Source of the DNA: Octopus sinensis
Taxonomy: Eukaryota
Assembly (NCBI RefSeq): GCF_006345805.1
Contig: NC_042997.1
Coordinates: forward strand, 115,072,001 to 115,136,000
DNA length: 64,000 bases
Reading direction: 5' to 3'
In this document: positions 24,421 to 36,270 of the stretch, in pieces
How positions within the stretch are numbered: the stretch's first letter is position 1
Layout of the letters: every line of letters starts with the position of its first letter
The notes under the pieces: generated by a model
Seen by the model: only the letters and a program-made list of their open reading frames with translations
What the model was told of the DNA's origin: nothing
The model's database searches: none
Position numbers and translations under genes: made by a program

Positions 24421-24820
24421 TCCATCGCAAAGTTTCTTATTTACAGCTGAGTGAACTGGAGGGACGTGGAATGAAATACTTTGTTCAGAATACTGAATGT
24501 CAACCGGGCCGGGAATCGAAACTATAGCCTTGTGATTATGAGAGCAGCACAACAACCACCAGGCCACACGCCTTCGCAATAATAAAACTTCTGTAGCAGT
24601 TAGTTAACGAAATTCCTTTGTTTTCATCTTTTATTGTAGTTACTTTAGTTATTTCCCTTAGATTCTAAAAGGTAACGGACAAAAGTCGTGCAGTGGTCAA
24701 TGGGAAATAACTCTTAGACTTTTACTGAAGTTGTTTCCCTTGAATAAATTCGTGATTTAACTTTTTTTATGGAAATATCAATTTGGAAGAAGGCGCAAAT
24801 CAATTGTATGGATCCTGGTT

Positions 24821-25032
24821 GAGGCGCAATGGTCTAGTGGTTAGATAGGCGAAATCCCGGTCGTAGGATCGCGGTTTCGATTCTCTGACCGAGCTTTGTG
24901 ACTGTTTATTGAGCGAAAACACCTAAAGTCCCACGAGGCTCTGACAGGGGATGGTGGCGAACCCTACTGTACTCTTTCACCACTTCTTTCTGCTGTACCT
25001 GTATTTCAAAGGTATAGCCTTGTCACACTCTG
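24821..25032 (+). mobile_element. tRNA-derived SINE (family C), partial
   Basis: GGCGCAATGGTCTAGTGG box A and GGTTTCGATTC box B; other copies at 32340-32657 and 52511-52808 (minus). Confidence 0.8.
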
Positions 25033-25257
25033 AAACTTCTATCAGGATTTGTAAAGTGTTAAAGAATCGCAAGAGATTCCTTACAGTATCTGTTCCGGCG
25101 CTGTGAGCTTTTGACGGCAGAACCCTCTCCCATCACTGAAAAACCTGTAGCACTTCTACCTGCATTTGTAAACCGACAGATAATATCAGTAATTTTGAGA
25201 AACCAAGAAAAAATATAATCTGCTATTAAGAGTTTAGTAATCCTTTAGTTTGTTTTG

Positions 25258-25476
25258 CAGAAACGGTAGCACGCCGGGCGAAATGCTTTGCGGTATTTCG
25301 TCTGCCGCTACGTTCTGAGTTCAAATTCTGCCGAGGTCGACTTTGCCTTTCATCCTTTCGGAGCCGATTAAATAAATACCAGTTACGCACTGGGGTCGAT
25401 GTAATCGACTTAATCCGTTTGTCTGTCCTTGTTTGTCCTCTCTGTGTTTGGACCCTTGTGGGTAGTAAAGAAATAG
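25258..25476 (+). mobile_element. tRNA-derived SINE (family B)
   Basis: Same head, core and tail as the 30461-31289 copies. Confidence 0.85.
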
Positions 25477-25921
25477 GTTAAGAAGTCACGGGTTCAGTCC
25501 CATTGCGCGGTCACTAAGCATGTATAGAACCAGGACAACCACTCTTCGAATGATTTAGATAATGCCTGCACCCCCTCCTGGTACTTTATTTTATTGACCC
25601 TGAAACGATGAAAGGCAAAGTTGATCTCGGCGGGATTTGAACTCGGAAAGCAGGAAATCGGAACTACGGTAAGGTATTCTATCAGTCAATTGCCTGCCAT
25701 TATAGAATTAGAGAACGTGTGTGCTCTTATATTCCCCGCTCTTCTTTTATAACTCTGTTCACAACAAGGATTGATGAAGATATAGCTGTGTGACTAAGAA
25801 CAGTGGTTCCCAAAGAGGGCAGTATTGCCCCTCCTCCACCGCCGCCTGGGGCCGGTGGAAAGTTCCAAGAAAAGTGGAGCGATAATGGGGTAGCAATTTA
25901 TGTAAAAACAACATATTAATA

Positions 25922-26177
25922 TTGGGTTGGTGCATAATTATTGCGGCTTTTTTTTTTTCAACAAAATTTATTCAACAAAAACAATAACACTATTTAACAA
26001 AAACATCTTTAAATGACGACCAGACCGTCTGCCAAACAAATGGGAAGCAGTAATTGGAGCAAATGGTGAATATGCTCAGGAATAATCATTTAAAGATGTT
26101 TTTGTTTACATGTTGTTATTGTTTTTGATGAATAAAATGTGTTGAAAAAAAACCGCAATAATTATGCACCAAGCCAC
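25922..26177 (+). mobile_element. Mariner-derived MITE with long inverted arms
   Basis: TA|TTGGGTTGGTGCATAATTATTGCGG ... CCGCAATAATTATGCACCAAGCCAC|TA; the centre encodes DRLPNKWEAVIGANGEYAQE*, a mariner C-terminus. Confidence 0.8.
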
Positions 26178-26574
26178 TAGTAATCTTTTTTACTCTTGAC
26201 ACAAGGGCCGAAATTTTTGAGGAGGGTGCCAGTCGATTAGATCGACCTCAGTATGCAACTGGTGCTTAATTGATCGACCTAGAAATGATGAAAGGCAAAG
26301 TCGACCTCAGCGACATACATTCACACACCTGCATATATACATACACACACCTGCATACATACATACACACACATATATACACACACACATATACATACAT
26401 ACATACATACATACATACATACATACATACATACATACATACATACATACATACATACATACCTGCACATACATATACATACACACACATACATAAACAC
26501 ACACATACATGCATACATACATACATACATACATACATACATACATACATACATACATACATACATACATACAT

Positions 26575-26605
<31 letters not shown>

Positions 26606-26610
26606 TGTAT

Positions 26611-27150
26611 ATTCCCTTCTGTTTTAAATCATTTGAATTCTTCCTCTGAAGAAGGAGCTGCTTTCCAACAAAGATGCAAAGCTCCATCTTTGGAATGTAG
26701 ATAAGGAAAACAATGTCACATTTTAAACTCAAGAAAAGTCTTGCGTATTTTTACTGTTCCACTCACAGATTGTTTATTTGTAACGTGTGAGTCAATTGGT
26801 TGATTTCTTTTTCTGAAAATCCAAGCTTATCCAGACTATCGGTTAAGTGTTTACTCACGTCCCAAGTACACCATTTATTATTGGTGTGAATGTAAATTTG
26901 CAATCTGATTATAGAAGCTGGAAGTTTCGAAGCAGTTTATTCTCTTTCGCTTTAATTTTCAAAGAGATATTCACATTAGCAGGACAGCTGGCCTCTATGA
27001 CGGTATATTGTTTTTCTTGTCTGTCCCAAATAACAATATCCGGCCTGTTGTGCTTACACTTGACAGATGTTTTGATGGGAATCTTCCGCCAGTGTTCTTT
27101 GCGTTGATGTGCTGATATTTGTGTATGTATTCAGTAATATAATGTACGTA
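26611..27150 (-). mobile_element. R4-like LINE family 2, RLE endonuclease C-terminus and 3' UTR
   Basis: Minus translation KCKHNRPDIVIWDRQEKQYTVIEASCPANVNISLKIKAKEN...FTPIINGVLG...GTVKIRKTFLEFKM*, showing the PD..E..K restriction-like endonuclease pattern. Confidence 0.78.
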
Positions 27151-27159
27151 GTATGAAGA

Positions 27160-27190
<31 letters not shown>

Positions 27191-27422
27191 TGTATGGATG
27201 GATGGATGGATGGATGGATGGATGGATGGACGGACGGATGGATGGATGTGCGTATGTATGCACGTACGAACATACGTATGTATGTATGTATGTATGTATG
27301 TATGTATGTATGTATGTATGTATGTATGTATGTATGTATAGGTGTGTGTGTGTATATGTATGTATGTATGTATACATGCGGATGTGTTTATATAAGTGTG
27401 TATGTGTGTGTATGCATGCATA

Positions 27423-27484
<62 letters not shown>

Positions 27485-27644
27485 ATAATCAGCCGAAATT
27501 ACTACGATGATCCGGTTTTTGACTGAAGACTGAGGGCTTCGAATGTCCTGTCTGTGTTTGTTGTATCGTCTTCTAAGTTTTTATGCGTTCTTGTCTCAGT
27601 TTGTATTTTTCTACATATCATAATATATATATATATATATATAC

Positions 27645-28205
27645 ATTATTATTATGGCTGCCCCCTCGTTATCGAGTATGGCACGAAGCTTAACTGTTAC
27701 TGGTGCTGTGATTGAATGTGACTTTTTAGCCCAGCTAAAGATCTACAATGTCTTGTACAAAATTGGCAACTAAAACCTTTACTGGTAATAGCCGGCTGTA
27801 GTTGTAACTAGGCTTCATGTACCTTTGCATGTCGTTTAAGTCCTCCTGCCGAATTACACTCTCTTCCACATGCCCGACAGATATGATTAGTATGGTGTGT
27901 TACACCACCACCAGTGGACACTCATCCGTCTCGTTTTATGACTACGAAGATGACTCATGAGTCCAGCTTTACTGAGGCAGGGTCTTGCATAGACATTGCA
28001 TGTCAGAATCAAAGGAAGACCCTTCCCTTCCGGAAGTGTAACAGCGATGCCCTTCCTGACATCCCTCCTTACTTTCTCATGTGCAACTCGAGATTTCTCA
28101 AACGTGATTGTCCCCTCATGCACAATCCTTCTCCACCTGCTACGATCAATAGCTATGCCTTCCCATGTGTCAGGAGAGATGCAAGCATCTCTTAAGGAAG
28201 CCTTC
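27645..28205 (-). mobile_element. RTE-type LINE 3' end with C2H2 zinc-finger repeats
   Basis: WEGIAIDRSRWRRIVHEG...CLSKAGLMSHLRSH, then CRACGRECNSAGGLKRHAKVH and CQFCTRHCRSLAGLKSHIQSQH; ends GAGGGGGCAGCC-ATAATAAT. Confidence 0.78.
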
Positions 28206-28974
28206 ATACATACATACATATATACATACATACATACATACATACATACATACATACATACATACATACATACATACATACATACATACATACATACATA
28301 CATAAACAAAAATGATCTAACAAAGATTACTGAAACGGCCAGTGACATGTATTTGAACAACATCGAAAGATACAGGTCTATCAAACACCATACAATATAA
28401 ATTTTTAATTTATCAAAACTGTCTTCGCTCCTAGATGTATTATAATTACCAAATGGCAATTAAAACGCCTCCACTTGAGAAGAGAGAATAATCTGGGCAT
28501 TTTCTGTTCGGCTGCCACTTTACAATTTCTTCAATTTTGCACTCATTTATTCCAAATTTGCTGTATTGATGTAGTTTTGTAAGATTATTATTGACATGAA
28601 ATTCATTTTCGCCATAAATTAATGAATAAACAGTAAATAGCTTTTAAAATTTGCAAATTTTAAGCAATTTTAGCCAATCGAAAGCCACAGACATGTAAGA
28701 GCCAGTTTCCATAGTAACAAGCCACGCTTTGGCACTCTCCTGTAAAATCACGTATGCTTGCGAAAAACAAAATGTGCTGATTACTCTTTTTTTCGAACTG
28801 GATTACAGTTTATTTGTTTTCTGTTGTTTTTTTTTTTCTGCTCTTAAACTACAAACTGTAATGCTTACTCTTGTTTTTGTTTTTTTGGGGTATTTTTCGC
28901 ATTAAATGCATATTGAATGCTTAAGACTACAGAATATGTGTTGCTTACTCGTTTTTTCGGTTCTTCTTCGCTTA

Positions 28975-29300
28975 GTAGCTTAGTGGTTACAATATTCGAC
29001 CCACGATTGTAAGGTCGTGAGTTCAATTCCCGGCGACGCGTTGTGTCCTTGAGCAAGGCACTTTATTTCACGTTGCTCCAGTTCACTCAGTTGGCAAAAA
29101 TGAGTTGTATCTGTATTTCAAAGGGCCAACCTTGTCACACTCTGTGTCACGCTGAATCTCTCTGGGAACTACGTTAAGGGTGCAGGTGTCTGTGGAGTGC
29201 TCAGCCACTTGCACGTTCATTTCATGAGCAGGCTGTTCCATTGATCGAATCAACTGGAATAATCATCGTCGCAACCGACGAAGCACCAGTAGTAGTAGTA
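28975..29300 (+). mobile_element. tRNA-derived SINE (family E)
   Basis: TAGTGGTTAC...GAGTTCAATTCCC tRNA-like head, GTGTCCTTGAGCAAGGCACTT core, (AGT)n tail. Confidence 0.8.
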
Positions 29301-29416
29301 AAGGCTTAAGATACGTGTTATCGTCGCCATCTTGGCACGATTGTTTTGTCATCTTCTGATTGCAGTCACGCACAAAATAACATCTTCCAAATCCTGTTTT
29401 CTGACTGGGTAAAAAT

Positions 29417-29855
29417 TATCAAACTTTAAACCGCTTATCTAACTTTAAACCTTTTGTCAAACATTTAACCTCTTATCAAACGTTAAACCTTTTATCAAAC
29501 TTTAAACCCTTTGTCAAACTTTAAACTTCTTATCAAACTTTAAACTTCTGCAAGAAACTTAAATCTTTTATCAAACTTTAAACTTCTGCAAGAAACTTTA
29601 AACTTCTGCAACAAACTTTAAACCTCTTATCAAACTTTAAACCTTTTGTCAAACTTTAAACCTCTTATCAAACATTTAACCTCTTATCTAACTTTAAAAC
29701 CCTTATCTAACTTTAAACTTCTGCAACAAACTTTAAACCTCTTATCAAACATTAAACCTCTTATCAAACATTTAACCTCTTATCTAACTTTAAACCTCGG
29801 TATCAAACCTTAAACCTCTTGTCAAACTTTAAACCTCCCTCAAACTTTAAACCTT
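29417..29855. repeat. 19-bp minisatellite (TCAAACTTTAAACCTCTTA), about 23 units
   Basis: Tandem degenerate units visible directly. Confidence 0.9.
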
Positions 29856-30460
29856 TCTGGAAGCAAGTGAATTGGGCCCTGAGATTCAACGTAAAAAATT
29901 ACATCAATACTCTAAATTTGAAAATTTTCCCTTAATTTTAAAATTTCCAAAAGTGCAGCCAAACAAAAAAAGGTCCAATAACCCCCAGAATCAAGAATTT
30001 TCCAAAACAGAGATCGTTAAGGAAGAAAAACAGGCTTATTGTCTTGAGATAAGGGGATAGTCGTGGGCACGTTTCAAGCTCAATAGCCGTCATCCGCTCG
30101 ACTGCTGTGTCGCCTTACCCCCGTAACCATGGGACTTAGATCTACATAAAAGAAAAGACCAGAACACATTAATAGTGTCGGCAATTGATAAAATTTAAAC
30201 AAAATTGTGCTTGATACCTGTGTGACACTAAAGTATTGGCCCCGGAGGAATGGGAGGACAAAGTTGAGTTTGGTGGGGGTTCTTAGACGAATTCCCAAGG
30301 TATTGACTTGTAGCATCCTCCACATTTATTTTCTCTTGTGTGTGTGTGTGTGTGTGTGAATAAACCACCCTTGGCTCCTATTATTCGGTCATTGTCCTTA
30401 AAGAAATCTCCAAGCGAAAGACCCACATTTTAAGCTTGGTATATTTTTTTTTCTTATATA

Positions 30461-31289
30461 AAGCGGCGAGTTGGCAGAAACGTTAGCACGCCGGGCGAAA
30501 TGCGTAGCCGTATTTCGTCTGCCGCTAGGTTCTGAGTTAAAATCCTGCCGAGGTTGACATTGCCTTTCATCCTTTCGGGATCGATTAAATAAGTACCAGT
30601 TACGCACTTGGGTCGATGTAATCGACTTAATCCCTTTGTCTGTCTTCGTTTGTCCTCTCTGTGTTTAGCCCCTTGTGGGTAGTAAAGAAATACGTATTTT
30701 ATCCGCCTTTACGTTCCGAGTTCAAAATTCCACCGTAGTAAAAAGGCGGCCAGCTGGCAGAATGGTTAGCACGCCAGGCGAAATGCTTAGCGCTATTTCA
30801 TCTGCCGTTACGTTGTGAGTTCAAATTCCGCCGAGGTCGACTTTGCCTTTCACCCTTTCGGGGTCGATAAATTAAGTACCAGTTACGCACTGGAGTCGAT
30901 GTAATCGACTTAATACCTATGTCTGTCCTATTTTGTCCCCTCTATGTTTAGTTCCTTGTGGGTAATAAAGAAATAGGTATTTCGTCTGCCGTTACGTTCT
31001 GAGTTCAAATTCCGCCGAGGGCGACTTTGCCTTTCATCCTTTCAGGGTCGATTAAATAAGTACCTGTTACGCACTGGGGTCGATGTAATCGACTTAATCC
31101 GTTTGTCTGTTCTTGTTTGCCCCCTCTGTGTTTAGCCCCTTGTTCAAATTCCGCCGAGGTCAACTTTGCCTTTCATCCTTTCGGGGTCGATAAATTAAGT
31201 ACCAGTTGCGTACTGGGGTCGATCAATTGGACTGGCCCCCCCACTCCTCAAAAATTTCGGGCCTTGTGCCTAGATTAGAAAAGAAAAGG
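30461..31289 (+). mobile_element. Head-to-tail array of SINE family B units
   Basis: Two heads (30461, about 30745) and four to five repeated box-B/core blocks in tandem. Confidence 0.85.
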
Positions 31290-31748
31290 ATATTTTTTTC
31301 TTATAAAAATATGACACACTTTTTCATTGCCGATTCACTACTTTATGGTGATGGTGTTAGTGTTGGTTGTAGTGATGGATATAGTGGTGGCGACGGTGGC
31401 GGCTGCTGTGGCAGTGGTGGTGATGACGATGGCAGTGGTGATGTGAGAGGAAGGGGTGACGGTAGTGCGTTGTTTGCGGTGGTGGTTGTCGGCAGCCATC
31501 GTCGTTGTTTGAAATATAAAAGAATTGTTTAAAATGTATATCAAGTGTACTTCATGACAGGCGGAAAGGAGGAAATTGTCAAATAAATGCCACGGTTTCC
31601 AACAATTCTTAAATGTCAAAGCATCAAAGAATTTTGTGCAACGGACACATGTACGTGTTGCAGCAGCAATAGAACCATTGTCGTTACGTGGAAGAATTAT
31701 AATGAGAGAGTGAGAATAAAAGAGGACGAAGGCATTCCATAAGCATTC

Positions 31749-32712
31749 TTATTACCACCGCCTTTGCGAAGGCGGAGGTATTGTTTTCAGTCGCGTTTGT
31801 TTGTCCGTGGACAAGATATCTCGAGAACTGCTGGATGGATTCGGATGAAACTTTCAGGGATGTTTGACCTCATGACTGGCACGAACTGATTAGATTTTGG
31901 AATCGATTCAGACCCGGATAAAGATTCTGGATTATTTTTCCTGTTTTTACTTAATTTTTGAGAGGGATCGGGTTTATTTTTAGTATTCTCGTTTGTGAGA
32001 ACAGTCGAGTTTATTTCAGAAATTCTCATTTTAAAAATCATCTCCGGCTAATCGTTGAGAGGACGTTGTTGTCTTCTTCTTCTTCTTCTTCTTCTTCTTC
32101 TTCTTCTTCTTCTTCTTCTTCTTCTTCTCCTTCTCCTTCTTCTTCTTCTTCTTCTTCTTCTTCTTCTTCTTCTTCTTCTTCCAATCAGGACTCACGCCAT
32201 TAGCCACAAAGAATAATCACTAATTCGAGCCTACTCTAAGCTACTAAAAATGCGTGTGGCAACTTGAAGATCCACACACCACACGAGATAGACTAGTGGT
32301 TGCACGGGCGCGAAAGCTACCTTGTTATCATCATTCCGTAAACGGTGGCTTTTAACGGGTGGAGAGCTGAACCACCCTGGGGTACAGAGGATTCGCAATC
32401 TAGACCAGGGTCTGAAAGTTTACCACACCATAGTGGGTTACAACATGGTTCCTCTGCTTTGTGGCAGAAGTAGGAAGAACGAGTGAGAGAAAGTTGTGGC
32501 GAAAGAGTACAGCGGGGTACACCACCCACCCCGCCAGAGCCTCGTGGAGCTTAGGTGTTTTTGCTCAATAAACACTCACAATGCCCGGTCTGGGAATCAA
32601 AACCGCGTTCTTACGACCACGAGTCCGCTGCCCTAACTACTGGGCCATTGCGCCTCCACGGACGTTGATGTTGCTTTGGTGGAGGTTTGCGTTCTCTGAG
32701 TACTCGTGTTTA
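31749..32712 (+). mobile_element. Helentron-associated (HINE/DINE-like) element with nested SINE and (TCT)n
   Basis: 5' TTATTACCACCGCCTT-tgcg-AAGGCGGAGGT palindromic sub-TIR; 3' TTTGGTGGAGGT sub-TIR plus short hairpin and T-rich end at about 32675-32712. Confidence 0.6.
32340..32657 (-). mobile_element. tRNA-derived SINE (family C)
   Basis: Head GGAGGCGCAATGGCCCAG on the minus strand at 32657. Confidence 0.8.
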
Positions 32713-32881
32713 TTTATAAATTCATTCATTTATTACTATGATCACCCTGTCATACAGCAATCCCAGGAATTAATTTTGTCGAGGGACCTTTATACCGGTA
32801 ATTCGCAACCGGAGTCCACATTATCCCTGGGGTCCACATAAGATTTTGTTGTTAAAGTTTACATACAATTAACTGGTTATA

Positions 32882-33349
32882 CAGTGTGTTCAAAAAGTCT
32901 CTCTGCAGTGAATTTTTGAAGACACCATCAACACCGAGAGATATTGCTCAAATGTTGTCTATCCATTTGTAGGCCAACTCACTGAAAGTGAACGGATTAT
33001 TTCGAAGGGACTTTGGTCACTAAGATCCCCTGATTTTAACACGGCCAGAGTTATTTTTCTGAGGAGCAAGTAAAGGATCAGTGTACAAGAATCGACCGAA
33101 AACCATTAATGAGCTAAAAGACGCAATCATAACCTTCACACGGTCCATACCGCATCAGACTCTCCAAGATGTATTTCAAAACATGTGTAGAAGAGTCAAC
33201 TAATGTACTGAAATTGAAGGTCGACACTTTCAACACCTCTTATAAAGTTTTTGTAAAGTCTAATATATTCTTTTGTAGTCTTATACCATCTTATAAATAT
33301 TTACTTTGCAATAATATACTTACTATGGAGAGACTTTTTGAATACCCTG
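32882..33349 (+). mobile_element. Internally deleted Tc1/mariner-superfamily element
   Basis: TA|CAGTGTGTTCAAAAAGTCTCTC ... GAGAGACTTTTTGAATACCCTG|TA; degraded WSLRSPD..VYKNRPKTINELK..GRHFQHLL* transposase C-terminus. Confidence 0.82.
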
Positions 33350-33733
33350 TATTTCTACAATAAATAAATTATTTAAAAGGAATTTTCTTAATACAATTCC
33401 TAATATTTTATTATTTTTTTAATTGTTTTATTCTTTTATTTGTTTCAATCATTTTGACTGCAGCCATGCTGGAGCACCGAATTGAGCGGTTTTAGTCGAC
33501 CCCAGGACTTAACCTTTGTAAGCCTTGTCGGACAAAAACAGCTGTAATAGATTCATTTATCTTGTGTCACGACTCAGAGTGGGAGATACAAGGAGACCTC
33601 AAGGGCAGACTCACTTTTGTAGAAAAGGTGGCAGTAACATCGCTTTTATCCAAGATCACAAAATTGATCAACATGGTCGAACTCACAGATGATACTAATC
33701 CCATTCTCTCAAAATTACTAGTCTTATTCCGAA

Positions 33734-33744
<11 letters not shown>

Positions 33745-33789
<45 letters not shown>

Positions 33790-34188
33790 GTGTGTGTGTG
33801 GAAAGTGAAAGAGAGAATAAAAGAAATATAAACACAGCAACAAGAGTAAAGATTGTATTTATATGAGAAGGTGCGTTCACAATTTATATAATGTAACCAA
33901 ATCTTATCTTTACAACTGTTTCGAATAGTCGATAACTGGTTGATATAACGAAGCATATACATATATGTATGCGTGTGTGTGTGTGTAACTGTGTGTGTGT
34001 GTAGGTGTGTGTGTGCGCGCGTGTGTGTGTGCGAGTGTGTGTGTATGATGTAATCAACTCTTATCTTTACAACTGTTTCGAATAGTCGATGACTGGTTGA
34101 TATAACGAAACATATATACGTGTGTGTGTGTGTAGCAGGGGGTGTCAAACTCCTTATTTAGTTATGTTATTCCCTGCTTGTTATCATG

Positions 34189-34239
<51 letters not shown>

Positions 34240-34280
34240 CGTGTGTGTGTTTGCGCGCGCGCGTGTGTGCGTGCGTGTGT

Positions 34281-34314
<34 letters not shown>

Positions 34315-34492
34315 TGTGTGTGTGTGTGTGTGTGTGTGTGGAAAGTGAGAGAGAGAATGAAAGAAATACAGACACAGCAACAAGAGTAAAGAATGTATTT
34401 ATATGAGAAGGTGCGTTTACAATTTACATAATGTAATCAACTCTTATCTTTACAACTGTTTCGAATGGTCGATGACTGATTGATATAAGAAG

Positions 34493-34550
<58 letters not shown>

Positions 34551-34640
34551 CGCGCGCGTGTATGTGTGTAGCAGGGGGATGTCAAATTCTTTATTTAGTT
34601 ATGTTATTTCCTATTCGTTATGATATCGTGATTTATGCGC
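33745..34640. repeat. Local tandem segmental duplication interleaved with (GT)n
   Basis: GGAAAGTGA...TTACAACTGTTTCGAAT.GTCGAT block at about 33800-33960 and 34340-34495, partial at 34045-34115; TAGCAGGGGG block at 34132 and 34569. Confidence 0.8.
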
Positions 34641-35589
34641 ACGCGTGCGTGTGTATGTGATGTAATTGTAAGTGCTGTATGGTCGAATGCTTAAGAAGTT
34701 TGCTTCGCAACCACAGAGTCCCGGTTTCGATCCAACTGAGTGTCACCTTGGGCAAATATTTCCTATAGACTCGGGATTGAAATCGAGTAACTGGGCACCG
34801 TACAAACACCCGTCGGGTGAATTATACCTGTAATTGTAAACATACACATTGTCACGCTCATCCTATCATGTGAGTGAGGTTAAGGGTATAACATGTCTGT
34901 CAAATACCCGACCACTTGAACGTTTGTCGCTATGGGTGTTGGCCATGTCGGGTTAATTGCTATTGTTGAGTTGGTAAATGAAATTTGTCTCTTGACTGCA
35001 TGAAAAAAATAACTTAACACCTGCGAATGTCTAACTGAAGTATTTATAAACGAACGTAAAGACAATCTGTGTCGGCCATTTACAATTGACAATAGCAATA
35101 ATTACAGACTGGGAAAGCTACACTGTTCTAAGATTACAGAAAGCTTCCTGTGCGGTAACATGTGGTCAGCCCAGCACATCTGAAATCAATCTATTTCTTT
35201 ACTACCCACAAGGGGCTAAACACAGAGAGAACAAACAAGGACAGACAAACGGTTTAAGTCGATTATATCGACCCCAGTGCGTAACTGGATGAAAGGCAAA
35301 GTCGACCTCAGCAGAATTTGAACTCAGAACGTAGCGGCAGACGAAATACCGCTAAGCATTTCGCCCGGCGTGCTAACGTTTCTGCCTTTCTGCCAGCTCG
35401 CCACATTTGAAATCAATCGTGTTATCTTCGTGTTGACGGAGGTCCTTGGTCGTCTGTCCCAGGCCGTTATGTAAAGAAGAAAGAACAGTGAGTGAAGTTG
35501 TGAAGAAAATATTTATTTACCGTTACGTCGAATATATCTTGCCTCGACGGACAGGTGATAAAATCCTAAAGCGTGTGGAGTAAAAAATT

Positions 35590-36137
35590 TAATTTCAGCC
35601 TGTCTTTTCGTATTGTAGTAGTAAACCATAGAGAGAGATATGGTAATGTGCAGAGAGGACAAAGTGAGTTAGTGAAAATGCGAGAGTGTGGGAAGTTGGG
35701 TCTCATAGCTGCTGACAGTAAATTTCATTTCTCCATTTGACCATTGTCTTTAGTAGCTGCATTGCTTTGGATCATGATTCTAGCGTTCTGTTCCCTAACT
35801 GAGGGTAGCTGTCTTTGACTCTAGTTTGTCATTTATTAACTAACTGATTGAGTTGTCACGAGCCGACTAACTTGGTTGTCACCAAGTTGCTAACTGATTT
35901 TTGCTTGGGGTTCTTGCTTTTATAACTATCCAGAAGGTGGTATTTGTTATCTTAATTCTAGCTTTTGGTGGTTTAGAGGGGATTAGAAAGGGTCAAGTGG
36001 TGAAGACATTATTTCGGCCTAGCTAAGGCAATCTGGCAAATGTAAAACTGCTGTCTCAGAAAAACTATTGTTTTACCGTGAAAAAAGTTGTTGAACTGTT
36101 AATTCAAATTTGGCAATGGTAGATCGAATCTACTTCA
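35590..36137 (-). mobile_element. Diverged partial copy of the LTR at 37594-38190
   Basis: Long colinear matches, e.g. TTTTGCTTGGGGTTCTTGCTTTTATAACTATCCAGAAGG and AGAAAGGGTCAAGTGGTGAAGACATTATTTCGGCCTAGCTAA. Confidence 0.65.
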
Positions 36138-36270
36138 TGCCTGTGAATTCAAACAAAAAAGAACAAACATGAAAAAACAACAAAGTGAGGACGTGTACAA
36201 GTAATGTATATATATATATTATTATATATATATATATATATTATATATATATATTATATATATATATATA

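Noticed and set aside
26641-26700. CTGAAGA-GGAGC...GCTCC in the R4-like 3' UTR as a hammerhead
   Set aside because: No GAAA after the stem, and the core is not conserved in the 10440 copy.
27490-27615. CTGAAGA-containing repeat (partial copy at 57715-57786) as a hammerhead
   Set aside because: Followed by GAAU rather than GAAA, and no consistent stems I and III.
28705-28718. RFX X-box-like GTTTCCATAGTAAC with a nearby CCAAT as a promoter
   Set aside because: No adjacent exon or gene start; such motifs are common in repeats.
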